A stretch of DNA of 64,000 bases from Bryobacterales bacterium (GTDB lineage Bacteria > Acidobacteriota > Terriglobia > Bryobacterales > UBA6623). The stretch is from NCBI GenBank assembly GCA_965242625.1, contig CBDEST010000005.1:2383483-2447482 (forward strand), written 5' to 3'. This document shows, piece by piece, positions 19,534-28,617 of the stretch. A program made the translations under genes and the position numbers. Within the stretch, counting starts at the first letter, position 1. Every line of letters starts with the position of its first letter. The notes beneath the pieces were generated by a model, which saw only the letters and a list, made by a program, of their open reading frames with translations, had not been told where the DNA came from and did not search any database.

Positions 19534-19702
19534 CTATGCCGAGGGGTCGTGGCTCGCTCCCTGCCTCGAGAACAAAGACGCGAGTGAGCGCCACCGCCGT
19601 CCCTCATCCCTGAGCGATGACGCGGTGTGGTGGCTCCGGGCTGCGATCAGGATCCTGCGGTCGGTTCTAGCCCTCGCAGTTCAACGCCGGTGACGAAGGC
19701 GC

Positions 19703-20101
19703 TCAGCCGCCGTCAGCGGCTGCTATTTCGGCGCGGACTCGCTCGAGGAGCGCATTCAGCCGCAACGCTATTCCGTGGCGATCAAGCGGTTCGGCGTCTT
19801 CGGGCAGGAATTCGTAACGGAATTGGACAGCGAAGGGTGACAGTGCCTTCAAGTCCCGAAACTGGGAGGCGTCGCTCATGCGTTTCTCCACAATGTCCAG
19901 CAGTGTCTTCAAATCATGCGTCAGGGGGAAAACCTCGCCCATGCAGGCGATCCATGCCTTCAGCAACTTTTCGGCCGCCTGCTGTGCGTGGAACCCGGCC
20001 GTCTCCTCTTCGAACAACAGGAAATCGCTCATGTTCCGGAAGCTACGGATATCTCTCTCAGCCAGCGATACCAAGTAACGCGCGTACTTAAGGTCGCTCA
20101 T
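19703..20101 (-). CDS. HEPN domain protein (copy 1, partner of MNT)
   Basis: MSDLKYARYLVSLAERD...QQAAEKLLKAWI...PLTHDL...FRY is the COG2250/PF05168-type HEPN pattern. The ATG at 20101 overlaps the upstream MNT stop by 14 nt. Confidence 0.8.
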   Translation of the reverse strand: MSDLKYARYLVSLAERDIRSFRNMSDFLLFEEETAGFHAQQAAEKLLKAWIACMGEVFPLTHDLKTLLDIVEKRMSDASQFRDLKALSPFAVQFRYEFLPEDAEPLDRHGIALRLNALLERVRAEIAAADGG

Positions 20102-20435
20102 ACAGCACCCGTCCCTCGCGCAATGCGCGAGCAAGGACATGATTCAGCGAATCGCGCCAGTACTCGACTTCCGCTGTGGTAGCCACCAAGATGTCCTTCG
20201 GCACACAAAGCCCGCCGAGTGCGTCGTGGAGCCGTAGAGACTCTTGGCGTCGGCTGCGTTCCTTGCCGAATGCGCCCGACTCTACCACGAGCAGGTCCAA
20301 GTCCGAATCCGCCCGGGCGTCCCCCCGCGCATGGGAGCCGAACAGGATGATCATCTCCGGATCGACTTCCCCGAGGATCGTCCGCACTACATCTTGGAGT
20401 AGTTCCTCTGTGACGGGGACTGGTTCGTACGGCAT
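20088..20435 (-). CDS. minimal nucleotidyltransferase (MNT, copy 1)
   Basis: ILFGSHARGDARADSDLDLLVV is the GS-X9-DxD Pol-beta-superfamily NTase motif. 115 aa. Confidence 0.85.
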   Translation of the reverse strand: MPYEPVPVTEELLQDVVRTILGEVDPEMIILFGSHARGDARADSDLDLLVVESGAFGKERSRRQESLRLHDALGGLCVPKDILVATTAEVEYWRDSLNHVLARALREGRVLYERP

Positions 20436-20761
20436 CGCCCGAGTCCTGCTCTTAGCCTACTAGGCAACCGTGGCGTGACTGACCTCGAGATACGTGAGAG
20501 ACGCAGCAAGGGCCACACGCTGGCGGGTTCCAAGGTCGCGGGGCTCGCCTCAACAGAATCTCGCGAACCGTTCCACTGCCCAATGTCCCTGTGCACACGT
20601 AGGCGTTAGAGCATCACCTTTCTGTTCGGGCGGTACCTCCTCGGTTCCGACAGGCATCCCTATCCAAGCGGCATAGGTGGTTGGCGGAGAGCCGTCCAGT
20701 CGAGGGCTAGCGACACTCGGTCTTCGACGCGAACCGCACTGTCCGTTCGAACTCTCCCGAT

Positions 20762-21175
20762 TCAGGACTGGCGATCGACGCGAGGCTCAGCGGCTGCTAT
20801 CTCAGCGCGGACTCGCTCGAGGAGTGCGTTCAGCCGCGACGCTATTCCTTCGCGATCAAGCGGCTTGGCGTCTTTGGGCAGGAATTTGTAACGGTACTCG
20901 ACAGCGAAGGGGCGGAAGGCCTCTAGGTCGCGAAACTGGGAGGCGTCGGAGTCGCGTTTCTCGATGATGTCTAGCAGAGCTTCCAGATTGTGGGTCAGAG
21001 GGAAAACCTCTCCCATGCAGGCGATCCATGCCTTCAGTAGCTTTTCGGTCGCCTGCTGCGCGAAGTTCCCGACCGCCTCGTCTCCAAACAGCACTATATC
21101 CTCTACGAGTTGGAGGTTACGTATGTCCCTCTCTGCCAGCGAGACCAAGGACCGTGCGCACTTAAGGTCGCTCAT
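20762..21175 (-). CDS. HEPN domain protein (copy 2)
   Basis: MSDLKCARSLVSLAERD...QQATEKLLKAWI...PLTHNL...YRY. It has the same 14-nt overlap with its MNT partner. Confidence 0.8.
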   Translation of the reverse strand: MSDLKCARSLVSLAERDIRNLQLVEDIVLFGDEAVGNFAQQATEKLLKAWIACMGEVFPLTHNLEALLDIIEKRDSDASQFRDLEAFRPFAVEYRYKFLPKDAKPLDREGIASRLNALLERVRAEIAAAEPRVDRQS

Positions 21176-21509
21176 ACAGCACCCTCCCCTCGCGCAAGGC
21201 GCGAGCGACGACGTGATTCAAGGAGTCGCGCCAGTATTCGACCTCCGCCCTGGTGAAGACCAAGATGTCCTTCGGTACGCCTAGGCCGCGAAGGGCTCGG
21301 TAGAGGCGCACCGCCTCCAAGCGTTGGGAACGTTCCTTGCCGAACGCCTCCGACTCGACCACGAGCAGGTCCAAGTCCGAATCCGGGCGGGCGTCCCCTC
21401 GTGCATGGGAGCCGAACAGGATGATCATCTCCGGATCGACCTCCTCACGGATTGTCCGCACTGCTTGCTGCAGCAAATCCTCGGTGACTGCGACCGGTTC
21501 GTACGGCAT
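21162..21509 (-). CDS. minimal nucleotidyltransferase (MNT, copy 2)
   Basis: ILFGSHARGDARPDSDLDLLVV. By my count 96 of 115 residues are identical to copy 1. Confidence 0.85.
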   Translation of the reverse strand: MPYEPVAVTEDLLQQAVRTIREEVDPEMIILFGSHARGDARPDSDLDLLVVESEAFGKERSQRLEAVRLYRALRGLGVPKDILVFTRAEVEYWRDSLNHVVARALREGRVLYERP

Positions 21510-21799
21510 CGTCCGAGTCCTGCCATTAGTCTACAAGCCAGCTATGGCGCGGCATACGCACAACAGCGGAACGCCCGCTCTTGCGAGCTACGGTATGCAC
21601 GGTGTTTCGCGCGGCACAGGATTCTGTCAGCAGTCGCTTCGTCAGTCGACCAGCCACCCCCCTCGCAAGAGGCTGTCCAACGCTGGATCGGACTCGGTTC
21701 TCTACGCATGGGTGCCCGCGCAGTCGCCACTACAATCGCGTTGTAAGCCGTCGCGGGCGAGTCAGAGGTCGCCCAGCCATGGGCGCGTGGCGCAACTCA

Positions 21800-22099
21800 A
21801 ACCTAGAACGGCGGTGCTGCGGAACGCGGTGCTCTCGAATCCACTCAGGAAGGACCCTGTCGGCCCGGGCGTACCACGGGCGCCCCGCTAGCCTGAGGTG
21901 ATCGAGTACTTCTCACGGCGGGTTCGGTAGGCCCCGTGGAGATCGGAGTCACCTCCGCGACTCCTGAATCTCTTGGTGCCTCAGGTCGACCCACGCAGAC
22001 TGGTGCCCTCGCGAACCTCTCCGGCCAGTCACCTTTGGAAAGATCGGGGGCGTCATCTGGATCGAAGTCTAGGCTCGTATTTTTCACGTTCCCGGGCAT
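21800..22099 (-). pseudogene. BrnA-like (DUF4415) antitoxin remnant, frameshifted
   Basis: The N-terminal part DFDPDDAPDLSKGDWPERFARAPVCVGRP matches the BrnA pattern. The expected C-terminal G.GWQTR.N..LREW..EH motif appears only in another frame, as GRPWYARADRVLPEWIREH. Confidence 0.4.
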
Positions 22100-22290
22100 T
22101 GGCCTTCATCATACGAATGATGCGATGGTTGCCACCGCAGGAGTTCCAGACGAGGACCGGCCTACGAACGGCTGGGTGGCAGCCATGTAGTGGAGCCGCC
22201 ATCGACAACGGCGGCTCTAGACACTGATCTCGCCCAGGTGCAGGGAGAGCGCGGTCTGAACATGCCGGAAACCGTGGTACTCTACGCCCA
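22053..22290 (-). pseudogene. BrnT-like (DUF497) toxin remnant
   Basis: The C-terminus RRPVLVWNSCGGNHRIIRMMKANAREREKYE resembles the BrnT ending GR.L.VV.T.RG..IRIISARKA..RER..YE. The upstream part is degenerate, and the long ORF would run antisense into the DUF1080 gene. Confidence 0.3.
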
Positions 22291-22947
22291 ATGACAGCAT
22301 CGGCGAAGGGTCTTTTGCGTCTAGTGCCGTTTCTCGCTCCCGGCCTTCTGCTCGCGCAGGTTCCGGATGGGTTCGACTCGATTTTCAATGGCCGCAACTT
22401 GGCCGGCTGGCACACCAGCCTGACCAGTCACCACGGCGACACCAACGAGTGGCGCGTGGTCGAGGGCGCGATCATCGGCCAACAGGATCGCGAGGGCAAC
22501 GGCGGGATTCTGCTGACTGACGAAGCCTTTGAGGACTTCGAGATTTCCTTGGAGATCAATCCCGACTTCGGATGCGACGGCGGCCTGTTCCTGCGCTCCA
22601 ACGGCAGCGGGCAAGCCTACCAAGTCATGCTTGACTATCTGGCGGGTGGCAACGTTGGCGGTGTGTACGGCGAAGGGCTGACCGGCCTCGAAACCAAGGA
22701 GTCCGAGGGCTGGGAGAAGGCGTGGGAGAAGGATGCATGGAATGCCCTTCGGGTTCGCATTCGTGGCGTCGCTCCCCGCATCGATGTCTGGCTGAACGGG
22801 AAGCAGATCGTCCAATTCCAAGACACCGAGAACCGGCTCCCAGGTGGCGCGACGGATGGGAGCATCGCCTTGCAAGTGCATGGCGGTGATCGCTGCCAGC
22901 CCGGGCTGGAGCACCGCTTCCGGAATCTAGCGGTGAAACGGCTCTAG
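22291..22947 (+). CDS. DUF1080 (3-keto-disaccharide hydrolase-like) secreted protein
   Basis: A signal peptide followed by GFDSIFNGRNLAGWH..., ...WRVVEGAI and ...GSIALQVHGG..., which is typical of DUF1080. Confidence 0.75.
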   Translation: MTASAKGLLRLVPFLAPGLLLAQVPDGFDSIFNGRNLAGWHTSLTSHHGDTNEWRVVEGAIIGQQDREGNGGILLTDEAFEDFEISLEINPDFGCDGGLFLRSNGSGQAYQVMLDYLAGGNVGGVYGEGLTGLETKESEGWEKAWEKDAWNALRVRIRGVAPRIDVWLNGKQIVQFQDTENRLPGGATDGSIALQVHGGDRCQPGLEHRFRNLAVKRL

Positions 22948-23864
22948 CGGGTTACGTTGGCCCGTTGGCTCGGCATCGCGGTTCCGACCGCGAACCACAC
23001 CAGTTCCATCGCGACGATCCAAAGGCGCATGGCGACGGCGAGCGTCATCGCGGTTCCGGCGGCAACGGCCTGAGCGAGCAGCAGTCCGAGGATTCCCTCG
23101 CGAACCCCGATGCCGGCGGGGGCGATCATCGTCAGCAGCGCGGCGAGCCATGCCAAGGCGTAGCAGCCAGCGATGAACGCGAACTGCTGACCGCTGATGT
23201 GCGGCAGTAGCGCCCGAGCGAAGCAAGCCATGGCGAACGCCAGCAAAACCCACGTCGCGACATACGACGCCCAGATGCCGAGCATCTGCATGGCGCCGAT
23301 CTCCAGCCGTCGAAAGGGCCGGCCGAGGGCTCGGGCAAGCCGTTCCCCCCACCAATTGAGTGCGGGCGGATAGACGATTCCGCATGCCAGAACCGGAAAG
23401 GCGATCAAGATGCCCCGCTGCCAGACAGCGAGGGTCGTGGCGGCCGATCCCGCCAGCCATGCCGCCGGCACGATCGAAGCGAGTGCCGCCAGTACCATGT
23501 CGAGCATCGTTGCGGCTAGGCAGGTGGATGCGTCCACGCCGTAGCGGCGCGTCAGATAGACGCGACTTGCGAATTGCCAGATCCCCCCGGGCACGTACCG
23601 ACTCAATTCCGACTTGCGGTAAACGCGGTAGATGTCCCAGTACGGGAGGCCGTGCCCGAATCCGCCGATGAGTCGGGTCCAGCCAAGCGGACGGACGAGG
23701 TACCAAGCCGCCGCGCCCGCGAACGAGATCGACAGCAGGACCGGATCGACCTGCCAGGGCTCGGCGCGAACCTGCTGCCAGCTGCCGTGGATCATCCGGC
23801 CGATGAAGAAGGCGAGGACCAGCGGAACGGCGGTCTTGAGTGCGGGGATCGCCCATCTAGTCAC
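22944..23864 (-). CDS. flippase-like / lysylphosphatidylglycerol-synthase TM-region (UPF0104) membrane protein
   Basis: Polytopic protein with YRKSELSRYVPGGIWQFASRVY, typical of UPF0104. The likely GTG start at 23864 (VTRWAIPALK) overlaps the GT2 stop by 8 nt. The track ORF is longer. Confidence 0.7.
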   Translation of the reverse strand: MTRWAIPALKTAVPLVLAFFIGRMIHGSWQQVRAEPWQVDPVLLSISFAGAAAWYLVRPLGWTRLIGGFGHGLPYWDIYRVYRKSELSRYVPGGIWQFASRVYLTRRYGVDASTCLAATMLDMVLAALASIVPAAWLAGSAATTLAVWQRGILIAFPVLACGIVYPPALNWWGERLARALGRPFRRLEIGAMQMLGIWASYVATWVLLAFAMACFARALLPHISGQQFAFIAGCYALAWLAALLTMIAPAGIGVREGILGLLLAQAVAAGTAMTLAVAMRLWIVAMELVWFAVGTAMPSQRANVTR

Positions 23865-24783
23865 GGGCGATCTCGATGTCGGGAAGGACAAGTTCGGGAT
23901 CCGGTGCGCCCCTGTCCAACTGCGCTTCGGCGAGCCAGCCGGTGGCCAGAAACACGATTCCCGTGATCGCAAATGCGCCCGCAGCCAGCAGGGCGGGGAG
24001 CGCGGCCGGTCGGGGAACGAGCCTTGCCAGCGCGGGAACCGCCAATACTCCGGCCGCGAGCGCGCAAGCCAGTGCTACCCCTCCGAAAAAGTGAGCGGGT
24101 CGGCCTCGGTAGCGGGTGCGCAGCAGCACGGTGCCGAGGTCGAGGAAGCCCTTGGCCAATCGGCTGACACCGTACTTGGACCGGCCGTGGCGCCGCGGAT
24201 GATGCCGGATCTCGACTTCTGCCACGCGATAGCCGCGATGCGCGGCGAAGACTGGAACGAAGCGGTGCTGGTCTCCGTAGATCCGCAGCGAGCGCGCGAG
24301 TTCGCCGCGGTAGCACTTGAAGCCGCAGTTCATGTCGTGCAGGCGAATTCCGGTCGCGCGGCGCATCACGGCGTTGAAGATGCGCGAGGGAAGCACTTTG
24401 TGCCACGGGTCGCGGCGCACGCGTTTCCAGCCCGATACGAGGTCGTACCCTTCCTCCAGCTTGGCTAGGAACTTCGGTATCTCGTCGGGATCGTCCTGTA
24501 GGTCGCCGTCCATCGTGAAGACGATCGGAGCGCGCGTGCGAGCGAAACCCGCCATCAAGGCCGCCGACTTGCCGGAAGGCGCCCGCAGCTTGACCAGTCG
24601 CACACGGTCCGGATCGTGCAGCTGGTCGAGGCGGCTCCACGTGGAGTCGCTGCTCCCGTCGTCGACGAACAAGATTTCGTGCTCCGCCGGCAACGCTTGC
24701 TGCAAGCGGCGGGCCAGTTCCTCGACCGTCCCTTCTTCGTTGCGAACCGGAATTACGACCGAAACGTCTGGTGGCGCGGACAT
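23857..24783 (-). CDS. family-2 glycosyltransferase (polyprenol-phosphate sugar synthase-like)
   Basis: VSVVIPVRNEE..., FVDDGSSD and FTMDGDLQDDP motifs, with C-terminal TM helices. Confidence 0.85.
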   Translation of the reverse strand: MSAPPDVSVVIPVRNEEGTVEELARRLQQALPAEHEILFVDDGSSDSTWSRLDQLHDPDRVRLVKLRAPSGKSAALMAGFARTRAPIVFTMDGDLQDDPDEIPKFLAKLEEGYDLVSGWKRVRRDPWHKVLPSRIFNAVMRRATGIRLHDMNCGFKCYRGELARSLRIYGDQHRFVPVFAAHRGYRVAEVEIRHHPRRHGRSKYGVSRLAKGFLDLGTVLLRTRYRGRPAHFFGGVALACALAAGVLAVPALARLVPRPAALPALLAAGAFAITGIVFLATGWLAEAQLDRGAPDPELVLPDIEIARD

Positions 24784-24853
24784 GGCGGGAGCATTGCCGA
24801 TAATAGCTACTCAGCCCGGGCCTGCGTAGAAACGAATACGTCCGCTCGATGCG

Positions 24854-26737
24854 TCAATCGGTCGCCCCGAGCATTGCGCGCAGCACCCAATGCGGATACT
24901 CCGCGTTGCGAAAGAACTCCCGACCGGCGAGACCGGAGGCGGAAGCGTGGTAGTCGATCAGCTGATCGCGAATCGATGCAGTGCGCGGACCGAGCTGATG
25001 GATCGCGTTCGCCGCGCGGAGCGCGACGCGTTCATCTTCGTGACGCAGCTGCCGGAGGAGCGCGGCGAGCGGCTCTTCCGAGTCCCCAAGGCGGCACAGG
25101 ACTTGGGCCGCGATCGTCGCGACTGCCTCTGACGGATCGGAGAGGGCTCGTTGCAGGACCTCGGACGCCGCCCTCGCCGCCTCGCCGTTCGCCAGCAACC
25201 CCACCGCCGCCCAGAAGCGCACCGTGGGGTCGGTGTCGGCCAAGCGTTCCTTCTGCCTGGCGACGAACTGCGGGCCTTGTCCGACCCAATCCGCCGTTTC
25301 GAGGATCCGTTCGATCGGATACAGGAGCGCATCGCGATCGAACGCGGTCGCGGCGGCGCCGTCGAACCGCAGCCACATGTCCGACTCCGGCAGGAAGCCG
25401 AGATCGCGGTAGCGCAACGTCCAAGCGCGCAGTGTCGCCCGCATCCTCTCCAACTCGGATCGGTAGTCGGCGTGACCCGCGAGATCGCGAATCTCGTGGG
25501 GGTCTCGCCGCAAGTCGAAGAGTTGCTCGCGTGGCTTCGTGCGAGTCATGTAGAGGGCGGCCGGAGGGCGTAGCGAGCCGCTGGCGGCCCTTGCGTGCAG
25601 CGCTTTGGTGACCGGGTGCGTGCTTGGGTAGAGGCGCGTCTGCTCGTGGAACCAAGGCAGGTGCGGAAAGTAGTTGCGAATGTACTTGAAGCGGCGCCCG
25701 CGCACCGAGCGAATGAATTCGTAGCGCTCGTCGACCCGATCCCGGTAGCCGAAAACGAAGTCTCGGTCCGGGCCGGCGCGGGCGCCAAGGAACGCTGTCC
25801 CGTGGAAGTGCTCCGGGGCGGCGAGGCCCGCCAAGCTGAGCACGGTGGGCGCGAAGTCGACGAACGAGACGAGGCGATCGGTAACCCCACCGGGTAGGGC
25901 CGGAGCCCACTCCGCGAAGGCCTCCGGGAATCGGATCAGCAGCGGGACATGCATCGAGGACTCGAACAGGAACGACTTGCTGCGCGGCATGCCCGCTCCG
26001 TGGTCGGAGTAGAAGAAGACGATCGTCGAGTCCTTCAGTCCGTCCGCCGCCAACTGGTCAAGGATCCGCCCGACAATGCCGTCGGCGAAGCTGATGTTGT
26101 CGGCGTAGCGCGCGTGAGCCTGGCGCACGGCAGGCGTGTCCGGGTAGTACGGTGCGACCTGTGCTTGGGCAGGGTCGTGGCGCTGCTCGACCGGCAAGCT
26201 CTCGTATCGTTCGGGCCATCCGAACCAGGGGTGGTACATCTGGCTGGAGTGCGTGTCCGTGATGTTGATAACGGTGAAGAAGGGCTTGTCTTCGCGACGC
26301 CTCCAGCCCTGTTCGCGCCAATCGGGGCTGATCACGTCCCACGTGGAATCTGGAGGGATCCAGTTGTAGTCGGTCTTGGAGTGGTTCGAGACGTAGTAGC
26401 CTGCGTCGCGCAAGTACTCGGTGAATCCCCGGACGTATTGCGGAGGCACGCCCGAGGAACGCATGTGGTGGGTGCCGATGGCGGGTGGATACATCCCCGT
26501 GATCAGGGTGGAGCGCGCGGGAGCGCACACGCCGCTGTTGGAAAACGCCCGCGTGAATCTCACGCTCTCGCGGGCGAATCGATCGAGGTTCGGGGTTGCG
26601 GCGTACTCGTCTCCGTAGGCGCCGAGGTTCGGACTAATGTCCTCGAAGACGATCCACAGAATATTCGGCGCGGACGCGAACGCCCAGCCCGGTGCGCAGA
26701 GCGCCAGGGCCAAGAGCAGTAGGGGAGAACGATGCAT
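24854..26737 (-). CDS. sulfatase with C-terminal HEAT-repeat region
   Basis: The ATG at 26737 (MHRSPLLLLALALCAPGWAFA) gives a signal peptide. The formylglycine motif is SGVCAPARSTLITG (CxPxR). The C-terminal ~130 aa shows HEAT-like repeats (DPTVRFWAAVGL..., DPSEAVATIAAQVL..., DERVALRAANAI). Confidence 0.85.
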   Translation of the reverse strand: MHRSPLLLLALALCAPGWAFASAPNILWIVFEDISPNLGAYGDEYAATPNLDRFARESVRFTRAFSNSGVCAPARSTLITGMYPPAIGTHHMRSSGVPPQYVRGFTEYLRDAGYYVSNHSKTDYNWIPPDSTWDVISPDWREQGWRRREDKPFFTVINITDTHSSQMYHPWFGWPERYESLPVEQRHDPAQAQVAPYYPDTPAVRQAHARYADNISFADGIVGRILDQLAADGLKDSTIVFFYSDHGAGMPRSKSFLFESSMHVPLLIRFPEAFAEWAPALPGGVTDRLVSFVDFAPTVLSLAGLAAPEHFHGTAFLGARAGPDRDFVFGYRDRVDERYEFIRSVRGRRFKYIRNYFPHLPWFHEQTRLYPSTHPVTKALHARAASGSLRPPAALYMTRTKPREQLFDLRRDPHEIRDLAGHADYRSELERMRATLRAWTLRYRDLGFLPESDMWLRFDGAAATAFDRDALLYPIERILETADWVGQGPQFVARQKERLADTDPTVRFWAAVGLLANGEAARAASEVLQRALSDPSEAVATIAAQVLCRLGDSEEPLAALLRQLRHEDERVALRAANAIHQLGPRTASIRDQLIDYHASASGLAGREFFRNAEYPHWVLRAMLGATD

Positions 26738-26841
26738 GCGTGGAAGAGCCCGCGCTGCCATTCTAGAAGACGCTCGCGACCGGCGAATGCGGGGGGCATT
26801 GACAACCGCGCCCGGATTGCGCGACCGTAGGCGTTTAGCCA

Positions 26842-27273
26842 ATGCAACTCAAGCGCATTTCCCCTGAAGAGGCACGCGACCTGCTCGAGTCCGACGAGGG
26901 CTACGTCTATCTGGACGTGCGGTCCATTCCCGAATTCGAGGCCGGCCACGCTCCGGGCGCCAAGAACGTCCCCCTCCTGCACCGGACTCCCGCCGGCATG
27001 CAATTCAATCAGGACTTCGTCGCGGTCTGCGAGCGCGCGATCGGCAAGGACACGAAAATCATCACCGCATGCCTGAAGGGCGGGCGCTCGCTGCGGGCCG
27101 CCCAGACGCTCCTTGACCACGGGTTCGCGAATGTCGTCGACATGCGCGGCGGCTTCCACGGAGAGTCCGACGCGATGGGGAACCTAACCTACGAGGGATG
27201 GGCCCCGCGCGGGCTGCCCGTCACGACGGAAGCGAGCGAGGAGCAGACCTACGCGGGGCTGTCCAAGGGCTGA
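26842..27273 (+). CDS. rhodanese-domain sulfurtransferase
   Basis: YLDVRSIPEFEAGHAPGAKNVP and the active-site loop CLKGGRS. Confidence 0.8.
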   Translation: MQLKRISPEEARDLLESDEGYVYLDVRSIPEFEAGHAPGAKNVPLLHRTPAGMQFNQDFVAVCERAIGKDTKIITACLKGGRSLRAAQTLLDHGFANVVDMRGGFHGESDAMGNLTYEGWAPRGLPVTTEASEEQTYAGLSKG

Positions 27274-27289
27274 GCCGCGTACGCGCGGC
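27274..27289. terminator. GC hairpin between convergent genes (possible bidirectional terminator)
   Basis: GCCGCG-TACG-CGCGGC lies directly after the rhodanese stop and 3 nt before the convergent MBL gene stop. There is no U-tract. Confidence 0.3.
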
Positions 27290-27291
27290 GC

Positions 27292-27990
27292 CTACCACTC
27301 GTAGACTTCGCCCGGCTCCAGCGTCGCCACGTCGATCTCGGAGTCTTCGCCGAGGTTCGCGCGCAGTTTCGCGGGCGTTCCGGTCAGGACCGGGAACGTC
27401 CCGTAGTGCGTGGGGATCACGACGCGCGGCTGCAGGAACTCGCAAGCGAGCGCGGCCTCCTTGGGTCCCATGGTGAACAGGTCGCCGATCGGCAGCAGGG
27501 CCAGTTCCGGTTCGTATATCCGGCGCACGAGCTGCATGTCGCTGAACACGTTCGTGTCGCCGGCATCGTAGAACGCCCGGCCGTCGGGCTGGCGCACGAC
27601 GAAGCCCGCCGGTTCGCCCGCGTAGATCAGCTTGCCGCCTTCCTCGATGGAACTGCTGTGCTGCGCTTGGGTCATCGAGACGCGCACGCCCTGCGTTTCG
27701 TAGCAACCCCCCTTGTTCATGCCCATCACGTTCTGAACGCCCTTGGACCCGAGCCAGAGCCCGATTTCGTAGTTGCACACGATTTCGGGACGGAATTTCT
27801 CCGCGACGGACAGCGCTCCTCCGATGTGGTCGGGATGCCCGTGGGTCAGCAGCACCAGATCGACGCGTTGCAACTCGTAGCCTTCGGGAAAGCTCGGGTT
27901 GCCTTCGATCCACGGGTCGATCAGGATCGCCGGCCCGTTCTCCGGCTGCACGTGGAACGTGGCGTGGCCCAGCCACGTGAATCGAGTCAT
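27292..27990 (-). CDS. metallo-beta-lactamase-fold hydrolase (UPF0173 family)
   Basis: MTRFTWLGHATFHV...DLVLLTHGHPDHIGG is characteristic of UPF0173/MBL-fold proteins. Confidence 0.8.
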   Translation of the reverse strand: MTRFTWLGHATFHVQPENGPAILIDPWIEGNPSFPEGYELQRVDLVLLTHGHPDHIGGALSVAEKFRPEIVCNYEIGLWLGSKGVQNVMGMNKGGCYETQGVRVSMTQAQHSSSIEEGGKLIYAGEPAGFVVRQPDGRAFYDAGDTNVFSDMQLVRRIYEPELALLPIGDLFTMGPKEAALACEFLQPRVVIPTHYGTFPVLTGTPAKLRANLGEDSEIDVATLEPGEVYEW

Positions 27991-28032
27991 CTCCGATCAG
28001 CCTCCTTTAGGGTTTGAAGGTAGGGCATTCGA

Positions 28033-28512
28033 TCACCCGGCCCGCTTGCGCCGGCGCCGCCGAGTCCCCCTGCCGGACGCGGAGAGGAACTCCGAAGTCG
28101 GCGGCTTGCCGTGCTGGAACGCCCCGCGGGGAACCAATCGCTGCACGGTGTCGGCAAGGTCGAATTGCTCGCGCGGTCCCTTGGCCAGGACTTCGTCGGC
28201 TCCCGTCGATTCCGGTGCGAGCGCGCCCACCTCGGCATACCCGGACAGGATCACTACCGGGGTGTCACGGGCGATGGCGCGGATGCGCTGCACGACCTCT
28301 CCGCCGCTGATGCCCGGCATCCGGTAGTCGGTGACCACCAAGCTGTACGGCACGGTCTCGAGCGCCTCTTGAAACAGCTCGAGGCCCTCCTCTCCGCTGC
28401 CAGCGGTCGTGACGGCGTAGCCGATGTCCTGCAGGATGATCTTCCTTGCCAGCAGGCCTTGGGGGTTGTCGTCGATCAGCAGGATCTTCGCGGGACCGCT
28501 GCTATCGACCAT
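28033..28512 (-). CDS. single-domain response regulator (CheY-like receiver with basic tail)
   Basis: KILLIDDNP...LVVTDYRMPGISG...PVVILSGY. The ATG at 28512 is preceded by GGGAGG. Confidence 0.85.
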   Translation of the reverse strand: MVDSSGPAKILLIDDNPQGLLARKIILQDIGYAVTTAGSGEEGLELFQEALETVPYSLVVTDYRMPGISGGEVVQRIRAIARDTPVVILSGYAEVGALAPESTGADEVLAKGPREQFDLADTVQRLVPRGAFQHGKPPTSEFLSASGRGTRRRRRKRAG

Positions 28513-28617
28513 CGTCAGGCCTCCCAACGCGGGGCGTCGGCCCGGCCGCGAACGCTGTCCATCGCCAATCCGTCAGAGTCACGATACGTCCGGTTCCGAA
28601 ACGCGCCTTGAGAAGGG

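Larger units (their letters stand above)
19710..21540. repeat. tandem duplication of an MNT-HEPN module (period about 1.07 kb)
   Basis: Segments at roughly 19710-20465 and 20785-21540 are alignable by eye through both genes and about 30 nt of upstream leader (GGCATCGCCCGAGTCCTGC / GGCATCGTCCGAGTCCTGC). The spacers between them are unrelated. Confidence 0.8.
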
